DNA of 49,270 nt from Campylobacter sp. (GTDB lineage: Bacteria > Campylobacterota > Campylobacteria > Campylobacterales > Campylobacteraceae): the NCBI RefSeq assembly GCF_017646085.1, contig NZ_JAGCNF010000048.1, forward strand, positions 1 through 49,270. The letters are read 5' to 3'. Position 1 is the first letter of the stretch; each line of letters begins with the position of its first letter. The notes under the pieces were generated by a model. That model ran no database searches and was not told the origin of the DNA. It saw only the letters and a list, made by a program, of their open reading frames with translations. The translations under genes and the position numbers were made by a program. Positions 1 to 9,992 of the stretch are shown piece after piece.

Positions 1-222
1 ATAAATGCTGTAGCGCCATTATTTGTCAATACACCGATGTATGAGGGCTTTACTAGCGAATTTATATCTAAAGAAACTCAAGATGAACGATTAAAAGAGA
101 TAATGCCACTTGGGTTGATTGAGCCTAGTCAAGTTGCTGATTCGGTTTTGTTTTTGCTTAGTTCTAAAGCTAGTAGCATTACTGGAGAGTGTCTTAAAAT
201 CAGCTCAGGGGGGGGGATTTAG
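1..222 (+). CDS. SDR-family oxidoreductase (FabG-like), 3' fragment truncated by window edge
   Basis: Frame is open from base 1: INAVAPLFVNTPM...P..VADSVLFLLSSKASSITGECLKISSGG, a typical SDR C-terminal pattern (NAVAPG..TPM, LFL.S..AS.ITG). Confidence 0.85.
   Translation: MNAVAPLFVNTPMYEGFTSEFISKETQDERLKEIMPLGLIEPSQVADSVLFLLSSKASSITGECLKISSGGGI
208..216 (+). repeat. Homopolymeric G9 tract (Campylobacter-type phase-variable SSR)
   Basis: tcaGGGGGGGGGatttag at the 3' end of the SDR gene; long G runs are otherwise absent in this AT-rich window. Confidence 0.85.
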
Positions 223-266
223 GCTTTGGTGATTCTAAATTTGAGTGTTAAAAAGGAAAGCAATAT

Positions 267-1232
267 ATGAAAATTGCATACTACCTACCAAGTGAGCGTA
301 TAGATAATGAATATTTTGCAACCTTAGCTAATAGTGATGAGTGGAGCTGCGAACAAATTTATAAAAAATCTGGTATCTTAAGCCGCCAAAAATCTGCTAA
401 TGATGAGCTAACTAGCGATCTAGCTGCTAAAGCTGCTTTGAATTTAAGTAAAGAGTATGATATAGACCTTGGCGATATAGATACGCTATTGCTTTGCACT
501 CAATCGCCCCAGTATCTCCAACCAGCAACTGTCTATCTGCTTCATCATAAGCTAAATTTACCTAAAACAACAAACGCTATGGAGATAAATATAGCATGTA
601 GTGGCTACATTCATGGTCTATTAATAGCTAAATCATTAATACTATCTAATAGCGCTAAAAAAGTACTACTATGTACAGCTGATATGTGTTTTAAAATGTT
701 TGAGCATAGCGATATGGCTCAAAGGATACTCTTTGGTGATGGAGCTAGTGCTACGATAATTGATAAGAGTAACGCTCATAAAATTGCTCAGGTGATTAGC
801 GGTACAGATGGGAGTGGGTTTTTTAGTATGTATAAACACCATGGAGGCTATGCTAGCCCATTTAATGGTCAAGATCCAAAAGATATAGCCCTAACAATGA
901 ATGGCCCTGAGGTTTTTTTATTCACTATTAGAGAGGTACCAAATTTAGTTAGGCAAACTCTAAAAGCAAATAATTTAAGCACTGATGATATTGACTTTTT
1001 TGTCTTTCATCAAGCAAATTTATTAATTTTAGAAGCCATTACTAAATCGCTTAAACTTGAGCGATCAAAGGTAATTTTTGATATAGAAAATATAGGTAAC
1101 ACATCATCATCAAGTGTGCCAATCGCCCTAAAAAGAGCCATAGAAAATGGCACTATAAAACCAGGTTCTAAGGTATTAATAGCTGGTTTTGGCATTGGAC
1201 TTGCATGGAGTGCTACAGTAATAGAGATCTAA
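267..1232 (+). CDS. 3-oxoacyl-ACP synthase III family protein (FabH-like, accessory paralogue)
   Basis: Catalytic triad motifs IACSG (Cys), FHQAN (His) and GNTSSSS (Asn), plus LFGDGA and GFGIGLAW. Confidence 0.92.
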   Translation: MKIAYYLPSERIDNEYFATLANSDEWSCEQIYKKSGILSRQKSANDELTSDLAAKAALNLSKEYDIDLGDIDTLLLCTQSPQYLQPATVYLLHHKLNLPKTTNAMEINIACSGYIHGLLIAKSLILSNSAKKVLLCTADMCFKMFEHSDMAQRILFGDGASATIIDKSNAHKIAQVISGTDGSGFFSMYKHHGGYASPFNGQDPKDIALTMNGPEVFLFTIREVPNLVRQTLKANNLSTDDIDFFVFHQANLLILEAITKSLKLERSKVIFDIENIGNTSSSSVPIALKRAIENGTIKPGSKVLIAGFGIGLAWSATVIEI

Positions 1233-1242
1233 AAGGATAAAA

Positions 1243-1455
1243 ATGGATACAAAAATAGCAAAATTTAAAGATGTAATAGAATGCGATGAGACTCTAACAC
1301 CGCAAACCCCGCTAGACTCCATAGCCGAGTGGGACTCAATGGGTAAGATTAGTACAATTGTAATGTTGGCTGATGATTATGGTTATACACTTACATTTGA
1401 TGAGTTAAAAAAACTAAATATTGTTGGTGATATTTTGGATTTGATGAATGAGTAA
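1243..1455 (+). CDS. Acyl carrier protein (accessory)
   Basis: 70 aa acidic protein with WDSM phosphopantetheine-attachment motif; AAGGA RBS; directly after KAS III. Confidence 0.88.
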   Translation: MDTKIAKFKDVIECDETLTPQTPLDSIAEWDSMGKISTIVMLADDYGYTLTFDELKKLNIVGDILDLMNE

Positions 1456-1981
1456 ATTTAGTCGATATGGTATACAAATCGCTCCGCTAAAGCTAAAAGA
1501 TATTGAAATTCTTAGAAAGTGGCGAAATGATCCTAAAATCTCTAGCTTAATGCTTAGTCAAAATGGAGAATACATCACCAAAGAGCAGCAACTAAAGTGG
1601 TATGACTCTATCAAAGATAAAACCGATGCGCTCTACTATATGGCCTTTGTGGATGAAATTGCCGTGGGATATTTTTGCTTTCAACAAATAGCAAATAGAT
1701 GCGCAGTACCTGGAGAAATTTTAGTTATACCATCACAAATGGATCAAGCCAGAATCACATTTGGAGCATATTGCGCAGTTTATGATATGGCATTTGAGAT
1801 ACTAGGACTTGAGCAGCTTAAAGCTTACTCAAAACTAGAAAATAAACGAGCTATAAGAATGGCAAAACTACTAAATTTCAAAACCACCAATATAGATGAT
1901 GAATGCATATATTTTGAACTTTGCAAAAATGATTATTATACTATGAGAGATAGCTTACTTAAAAAACTAGGGCTTAATTAA
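1448..1981 (+). CDS. GNAT N-acyltransferase, PseH/RimJ-like
   Basis: LRKWRNDP.I...M...ITKEQQLKWY N-terminus and N.RAI..AK.LNF C-terminal motif resemble the PseH family; overlaps the ACP stop. Confidence 0.75.
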   Translation: MSKFSRYGIQIAPLKLKDIEILRKWRNDPKISSLMLSQNGEYITKEQQLKWYDSIKDKTDALYYMAFVDEIAVGYFCFQQIANRCAVPGEILVIPSQMDQARITFGAYCAVYDMAFEILGLEQLKAYSKLENKRAIRMAKLLNFKTTNIDDECIYFELCKNDYYTMRDSLLKKLGLN

Positions 1982-2056
1982 ATATATTATTATACAGCTT
2001 TTATCTTAAAAGCTCTCTTGCGATGATTAATAAAAAAATAAATTTAAATCAAATAA

Positions 2057-2086
2057 AAATTTGACAGCCCATAGGCTGCCAAATTT
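2057..2086 (-). terminator. Rho-independent terminator of groEL
   Basis: Minus strand AAATTTGGCAGCC-TATG-GGCTGTCAAATTT followed by TTATTT, just after the groEL stop. Confidence 0.8.
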
Positions 2087-2090
2087 GGGC

Positions 2091-3743
<1,653 letters not shown>

Positions 3744-4007
3744 TTATTTTATAATTCCTAAGATATCTTCGCTATTTAAAACCAAGTATTTTTTATCATT
3801 TAGCGTAATTTCACTGCCGCTATATTTAGCAAATACAACTGTATCGCCCACGCTTAAGCCTTCTGCTTCTTTGCTAACTGCTACAACTTTACCTTGACTT
3901 GGTTTTTCTTTTGAAGCATTATCTGGGATAATGATACCTGAAGCTGTAGTTTTTAGCTCCTCCTCTCTTTCTACAAGCACACGCTTACCTAATGGCTCAA
4001 AATTCAT
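3744..4007 (-). CDS. groS: Co-chaperonin GroES
   Basis: [16 protein letters not shown] mobile loop; immediately upstream of groEL. Confidence 0.99.
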   Translation of the reverse strand: MNFEPLGKRVLVEREEELKTTASGIIIPDNASKEKPSQGKVVAVSKEAEGLSVGDTVVFAKYSGSEITLNDKKYLVLNSEDILGIIK

Positions 4008-4044
4008 CTCTATCCTTTCAAATTATTTGATTTCTTGTTAAAAA

Positions 4045-4071
4045 TTAGCACTCTATATATTTGAGTGATGA
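4045..4071. promoter_or_regulatory. CIRCE element (HrcA operator) upstream of groES
   Basis: TTAGCACTC-N9-GAGTGATGA vs consensus TTAGCACTC-N9-GAGTGCTAA. Confidence 0.85.
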
Positions 4072-4139
4072 AAATATATCATAATTTTATATATATGTCA
4101 ATAAATTTTGCTCAAATTTAAATGCAATTTATCAAAAAC

Positions 4140-4160
4140 ATTTAGTCAACTTCGCTCAAG
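4140..4160. promoter_or_regulatory. HAIR-like element (HspR operator)
   Basis: ATTTAGT-N7-GCTCAAG vs consensus CTTGAGT-N7-ACTCAAG, upstream of the CIRCE in the groES promoter region. Confidence 0.6.
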
Positions 4161-4249
4161 TTCTAATAAAAATTTATTCTATTATAGATAAATTTAATTT
4201 TATTAAGCTTGATTTTAGTATAATTATCTAAAATTTTTAAGGAATTTAA

Positions 4250-6814
4250 ATGAGAGTTTTATACTGGATTTTATGGAGTTTGGCTGCTATTTTGGCAATT
4301 ATTTATGTTTTGCTTTTTAGCAGTGTTGGAAATAGTATTTTAAAGCCATATATAGAAAAAATTGCCTCACATAAGAGTGGAATGGATATCAAGCTTGATG
4401 AGTTTAAACTTACTATGAGTCACCTTGATATCACTGCTAGTGTCAATAGTGCCTTAAAAGCTAGAGTTTATGGAAATTATAGCCTATTTAGTCAAGCACT
4501 TGACCTTAATTATACCGCAGCTACAAGCGATTTGAGCAACCTTGGAATAGCTATAAAAGATGATATTAGCCTAAAAGGCAAGGTAGTTGGTGAGCTTAGC
4601 AACTTCATCGCCGATGGTAGCGGCAAGATTGTTGGGTCAAATTTACGTTTTGCAGCTAGAATCAAGGACTTTGCTCCACTTGAGATAAAACTAGATGCTA
4701 AATCATTAAATTTAGCTCAAATAACAGCTATTGCTTTAGGCAAACCATATATAACAGGCAATATGAATATCCAAGCTGATATCACCAGCAAGGACACACT
4801 ATATAGTGGAACAGCTAGCCTAAATATACCAAAAGCTATAACAAATAATGAGTTAATTGCAACTGATTATGGAATTAATTTACCAAATAATTTTACTATA
4901 AAGGCTGATTCAAATCTAAATCTAGAAGGTCGCACAGCTAAAGCTAAAAGTATAATTACCACACCAATTGCCGTTGCAGCAGCTCTAAATTCTATATACA
5001 ATATAGATGAAAATGTATTAAATAGTGATCTAAATTTAAATATCCCAAACTTAGCCAAGCTAGAACCAATAATTGGCCAAAAACTAAGCGGAGAAATTAC
5101 AGCCAAAGCTAATACAAAAATATCTAATGGAAATTTAGAGTTTTTAGATGCTGATATAAGCGGATTAGGTGGAGTTATAACTGCTAAAATGGCAGATAAT
5201 AAAATAAACGCTGATATCAAAAAAATAAAACTAAACGAGCTTTTAAAGCTAGTTTCAATGCCAGCAATTTTAAATGGCAATATTAATGGGGCTGCTTTAA
5301 TTACCGCACTAAATGATCCAAACAAAAGAGCTGGAAATGTAAGTATAAATATAAATGGTGGAATAATTAATGCTAATGAATTAAATAAAATGATAGGTGC
5401 AAGCCTACCTAAAAATGTAAGCTTTAATTCAGATATTCAAGCCGCACTAAAAGGTGATAATGCAGAGCTTAAAGCAAATTTAATATCTGAGATTTTAAAC
5501 CTAAGCAATCTAGATGCTAGCTACAATCTAGCCCAAAATACTGCCAAAGCAAATGCCCAAGCACTAGTACCAGATTTAGCTAAGTTTGGCAATATCTCAG
5601 GCACAAAACTATCTGGTCAAATCGCTCTAAATGCAGATATAGATGCCAATTTAAATAATCAAAAATCACCGCTAAAAAGTGCCAATGTAGATATTAAAGC
5701 AATGGATGGCATAATCACAGCAAATATTGATAATGGAAAACTAAAGGCTAAAATTCAAAATATCCTAGTTCAAAATATATTCTTGATGATTGGACAAAAA
5801 CCACTTTTAAATGGTGAACTAAATGGTGAACTAAATTTAGATAGCATTGATATAGCAAATCTAAATGGAAAAGGCGATATAAAGCTTGAAAATGGCGTAT
5901 TAAATGCAGCTAATTTAAAAGAACTAACTAATAAAGAATTTCCGCAAAATACAACACTAAACGCACATATCAAACCAACATTTACCAACTCAACCGTGCA
6001 TTTTGCCTCTATAATCAGTTCAAATTTAGCTACAATAAATAAATTTGATGGAAGCTATGATATTAATAAAAATAGCCTAGAAGCACTATATAGCGCAGAT
6101 ATACCAAGCCTTGCAAAACTTGAGTTTTTAACTGGAATGAAGTTAAATGGCGCACTAAATCCAAGCGGAAAAATATCAATCAATGAGAGTATAAACGCCA
6201 CATTAAATAGCGATTTTATAGGCTCAAAACTAAAAATTGATATCAAAGATAATAAAGCAAATTTAAATCTATCAACATTTGAGATTGCAAAATTGCTTGA
6301 ATTTTTAGATTTTATGCCATTTTATGAGGGTCAAGCTACGCTAAATGCTAACTATAATCTAGATAGCGCTAAAGGGGATTTTAATGCCGATATAGCCAAA
6401 GGTCAATTAGCAAAAAGCGAGCTAACCACACTAATAAGCACAGCAATTCAAAAAGATATCACAAAAGAAGTATTTAAAGATGGCTATTTAAAAGGAACAA
6501 TTGATCTAAATTTAATAAATTTTATAACTCAGCTTAACTCGCAAAAAGCAAATATCAGTATAGCTAATGGTAGTTTAGATACTGCTACAAAAGCTATCAA
6601 TATTCCAATAACAGCCAACATAGAAAAAACAGATATCGATATAAAGATAACTGGCACAAGTGATGAGCCAAAATACTCTATCAGCTCAAACTATATCAAA
6701 GAGAAAATAAATGAAGAAATTAGCAAAGGAATAGATAAACTTTTTGACAACGATAAGGAAAAAAGTCAAGGCGCTAAAGAGCTAATAAATGGCTTGCAAA
6801 ATCTATTTAATTAA
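4250..6814 (+). CDS. Large N-terminally anchored periplasmic beta-rich protein with ~175-aa internal repeats (AsmA/TamB-like candidate)
   Basis: Hydrophobic N-terminal anchor, alternating beta-strand pattern, recurring Y-N-L/I...P-x-LAK...G-x-KL-S/N-G motif; divergent from groES. Confidence 0.65.
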   Translation: MRVLYWILWSLAAILAIIYVLLFSSVGNSILKPYIEKIASHKSGMDIKLDEFKLTMSHLDITASVNSALKARVYGNYSLFSQALDLNYTAATSDLSNLGIAIKDDISLKGKVVGELSNFIADGSGKIVGSNLRFAARIKDFAPLEIKLDAKSLNLAQITAIALGKPYITGNMNIQADITSKDTLYSGTASLNIPKAITNNELIATDYGINLPNNFTIKADSNLNLEGRTAKAKSIITTPIAVAAALNSIYNIDENVLNSDLNLNIPNLAKLEPIIGQKLSGEITAKANTKISNGNLEFLDADISGLGGVITAKMADNKINADIKKIKLNELLKLVSMPAILNGNINGAALITALNDPNKRAGNVSININGGIINANELNKMIGASLPKNVSFNSDIQAALKGDNAELKANLISEILNLSNLDASYNLAQNTAKANAQALVPDLAKFGNISGTKLSGQIALNADIDANLNNQKSPLKSANVDIKAMDGIITANIDNGKLKAKIQNILVQNIFLMIGQKPLLNGELNGELNLDSIDIANLNGKGDIKLENGVLNAANLKELTNKEFPQNTTLNAHIKPTFTNSTVHFASIISSNLATINKFDGSYDINKNSLEALYSADIPSLAKLEFLTGMKLNGALNPSGKISINESINATLNSDFIGSKLKIDIKDNKANLNLSTFEIAKLLEFLDFMPFYEGQATLNANYNLDSAKGDFNADIAKGQLAKSELTTLISTAIQKDITKEVFKDGYLKGTIDLNLINFITQLNSQKANISIANGSLDTATKAINIPITANIEKTDIDIKITGTSDEPKYSISSNYIKEKINEEISKGIDKLFDNDKEKSQGAKELINGLQNLFN

Positions 6815-6818
6815 AATC

Positions 6819-6854
6819 ATTAATTTGAGACTTAAATGCAAGTCTCAAATTAAT
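6819..6854. terminator. Putative bidirectional terminator
   Basis: Perfect 15-bp inverted repeat ATTAATTTGAGACTT / AAGTCTCAAATTAAT between convergent genes. Confidence 0.75.
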
Positions 6855-6862
6855 ACTAAATT

Positions 6863-8137
6863 TTAAATCAAATCCTTTCTAGCTTGCCCAATAGCATTAA
6901 GCAAATAATCTACATCATCTAAACTATGAGACCAATGCAAACTCACACGCAACCAGCCTGGCTTAAAGCTTAAAGGTTCATCATCTTTTAATCCCAATAA
7001 ATCATGACCATATGGCCCAGCACATGAGCATCCAGCACGACTTTGAATTCCAAATTTTTTACTTAAAATCTGAGCTAAATCAAAAGGTGAAATACCTTTA
7101 ATATTAAAAGCAAAAATAGCTAGCCTTTCTAAATTTTTAGGAGTATAATCTATCACACCTTTTATATTGGAAAGCCCTAGTTCAAATTTGTTCATCAGCA
7201 AAGTTTTTTGCTCATTTATAAACTCTAAACCAACCTTATTTCTAAGCTCGAATGCTAAATATGCTCTAACTAGCTGAGTGATCGCTGGGGTTCCAGCATC
7301 TTCAATTTGCTCTATATCTTCTAGATAATGAATGCTTTTTTTACTGACATAGCCTACTGTTCCACCAGCTGAAAATGTCGGTAAATTTGAGCTAAATAGC
7401 GACTTTCTAATTGCTAAAATACCACAACTCCCAACACCGCCAAGCAGCTTATGTGGCGAGATAAATATCGCATCACAAAGCGAGCTATCTACATTTTCAT
7501 AAGCAATAAGACTTGAGGCATCTACAGCAATTATAGCGCCATATCGCTTAGCAGCTGCATTTAGCATAGCCAAATTTGTCTTTATACCAGTTACATTTGA
7601 AGCAGCACTTATGCTAATTATGATTTTTCTATTAGCATTGATTTTTAAAATTTTATCAAGCTCACCCCAGTGAAGTCCACCATCTCTAGCCAATGGAATA
7701 CGAACTACCTCGCACATCCCAGTTCTATAACTAATCTCATTACTATGATGCTCATAAGGTCCTACAATCACAAGTGGCAAAGATTTTTTAATACTATCAA
7801 ATTCAATATTTAATGCTATTTTAGTTGCTGGTGGGATATAAATTCCCATTATCTCTTGAAATTTTTTAATAGCAGCGCTGCTACCCTGTCCACATGGTAA
7901 AAGCAAAAAATCACTTTGTAATCTTAGTAATCTTTTTATTCCAGCACGTGCATTTTCATAGTAATTTGTGGTAATATTAGAACATTCGCTACACTCGCTA
8001 TGTGTATTAGCATAGGTTTGAAGCATTCGCCTAATTTCATCTTCAATTGGTATATACCCAAGTCCACTAGCCGTCCAGTCAAAATAATAAATCCCATCTT
8101 TTAATATGATATTTTGGCGAATTTTATCGATATTCAA
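6863..8137 (-). CDS. Class V PLP aminotransferase / cysteine desulfurase (CsdA/SufS-like)
   Basis: YFDWTASG, EHHSN, SPHK (PLP Lys), RAGCSCA catalytic loop. Confidence 0.88.
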   Translation of the reverse strand: MNIDKIRQNIILKDGIYYFDWTASGLGYIPIEDEIRRMLQTYANTHSECSECSNITTNYYENARAGIKRLLRLQSDFLLLPCGQGSSAAIKKFQEIMGIYIPPATKIALNIEFDSIKKSLPLVIVGPYEHHSNEISYRTGMCEVVRIPLARDGGLHWGELDKILKINANRKIIISISAASNVTGIKTNLAMLNAAAKRYGAIIAVDASSLIAYENVDSSLCDAIFISPHKLLGGVGSCGILAIRKSLFSSNLPTFSAGGTVGYVSKKSIHYLEDIEQIEDAGTPAITQLVRAYLAFELRNKVGLEFINEQKTLLMNKFELGLSNIKGVIDYTPKNLERLAIFAFNIKGISPFDLAQILSKKFGIQSRAGCSCAGPYGHDLLGLKDDEPLSFKPGWLRVSLHWSHSLDDVDYLLNAIGQARKDLI

Positions 8138-8192
8138 TAGCTTTTTCCTAGATTTTTTATATTATTATACTAAATTTTTACCAAATCTAAAT

Positions 8193-9992
8193 TTATACTG
8201 CATTTCTAGCTTTAAAATCTGCTAGCCTTTCTTTAGCTCGTTGAGTTATTAACTCATCCATATCATAGTATTCAAATGTAGCTCCATGCTGCATTGTTCC
8301 ATCTAAAATATCACCAGCTTGACGGTTTTTTAGATCAATCTTAGCTACAACAAATCCATCAAGCGTCTGAGCAAATTCGTTTAATCTGCTTGGAATGTTT
8401 GCAAGCTTAGTATATAAATAGCACCAACCTCGCCCACCATTTCTACCAACTCTACCACGCAGCTGATGAAGTGAAGCAAGTCCTAGCTTTTCAGCTCCTA
8501 CAATTACGATAGTTGAAAGCCGTGGAAGAGAGATCCCAACCTCAACAATAGTCGTAGCTAATAAAATATTTCCATCATTTGCAAACTTCTCTAAAACCTC
8601 ATCTTTTTGCTTATCTTTACCATGTGTTACATAGACTTTTTGAAATTTATTTAACCAAAATGGCGCAGCTACACTTAGGCTTTGATAATTGCTTACCTCG
8701 CTCTCTTCTACTAGCGGATAGACAATGATCGTCTGTTTATTTTGTGAAATTTGCTCTTTGATATGTTCTAAAAGTGCGCCAAATCCACTATTTTGAATAA
8801 TATGTGTGCTAATTTGCTTAGCAAATGGAATCTCTTTTAAAAAACTAAAGCTTACTAGTTCAGACTCAATGAGTGAAAGTGTTCTAGGAATTGGTGTGGC
8901 GCTAAACTGTAAAAAATGCGCTCTTAAGCTCTCATCACGTGTTAATTCATCTATCTTTTGTCTTTGAACTGAGCCAAATCTATGCTGCTCATCAATCATT
9001 ATAAGAGTGCTTTTTGGAAGCTCTTGATATAGTAAAGCATGAGTACCAATGATTAAATCTGCATCATTTAAATTTATATTTTTTGCCCCTTTTTGCAGAT
9101 ATTTTACTCTCACAAAATCAGGCAAAAGCCTCATAGCCTCGCTATAAAGTTGTGTAGCTAAAATAGTTGTAGGCGCCATCAAAATCGAGCGGTTTGGATA
9201 ATTAAGTAGGGCTGCGCCCAAGATTACCAAAGTCTTACCGCTTCCTACATCGCCCATTACTACACGCTTTGCTGCTATACTCTTAGCTAAATCTTCCTTA
9301 ATATCCTCTAATGCTTTTATCTGATCGCTTGTAGGAATGAAAGGCAATGAATTAAGCCAATGCGTGATATTATAGGGCTTAATAGCAGTGGCCTTAAAAA
9401 GTACCTTTTTAGCACTAAGCTTTTTTAGATAATTATAAATTTCAATAAATTTAAGTGTATCTAGCTGTTTATTATTTAAATTCATAACCGAATTTAAAGC
9501 CTCATCGCTAAGTTCATGTAAGGCTAAAATTTGGCTAGCCTCATCACTATTTAATCCTTGGGATTTTAAAGATTCTAAATTTAGATATTTTTTGATTAAA
9601 TTTTGAATTTGGTTGTCTTTTAATGCTCTTTTATAATGTGGAATAATCTGGCCAACTTTTGTAATAATTTTAGGATTACTAAACTGCCAAAGCCCATTAT
9701 ATAATACGGATTTACCATGGATATAGAGTCTTTTGCCACGCTTAAAAGAGGCGTAATGCCATGGCCTAGCATTAAATATCACAATAGAAACATCACACTC
9801 CCATGAGATACAATAGGCCAAAATACTAAACATCGTAGGACGAGTTATAGATGATTTAATCTCAATTTCTACGCTATTTTCACCGATATTTGGCTCATTT
9901 TTAACACGCAAATCATCAAAGCTTTTAGGCAAAATCAAAGCTAGATCAAGTAAACTTGCGATACCTAGCTCTTTTAGCTCCTTATACTCCAC
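8193..9992 (-). CDS. recG: ATP-dependent DNA helicase RecG
   Basis: GDVGSGKT, IDEQHRFG, SATPIPRTL, LHQLRGRVGR. Confidence 0.97.
   Translation of the reverse strand: MEYKELKELGIASLLDLALILPKSFDDLRVKNEPNIGENSVEIEIKSSITRPTMFSILAYCISWECDVSIVIFNARPWHYASFKRGKRLYIHGKSVLYNGLWQFSNPKIITKVGQIIPHYKRALKDNQIQNLIKKYLNLESLKSQGLNSDEASQILALHELSDEALNSVMNLNNKQLDTLKFIEIYNYLKKLSAKKVLFKATAIKPYNITHWLNSLPFIPTSDQIKALEDIKEDLAKSIAAKRVVMGDVGSGKTLVILGAALLNYPNRSILMAPTTILATQLYSEAMRLLPDFVRVKYLQKGAKNINLNDADLIIGTHALLYQELPKSTLIMIDEQHRFGSVQRQKIDELTRDESLRAHFLQFSATPIPRTLSLIESELVSFSFLKEIPFAKQISTHIIQNSGFGALLEHIKEQISQNKQTIIVYPLVEESEVSNYQSLSVAAPFWLNKFQKVYVTHGKDKQKDEVLEKFANDGNILLATTIVEVGISLPRLSTIVIVGAEKLGLASLHQLRGRVGRNGGRGWCYLYTKLANIPSRLNEFAQTLDGFVVAKIDLKNRQAGDILDGTMQHGATFEYYDMDELITQRAKERLADFKARNAV

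Noticed and set aside
216-269. Possible poly-G-controlled fusion of the SDR to the KAS III
   Set aside because: The G10 frame equals the KAS III frame but meets TAA at 249-251 before the ATG at 267.
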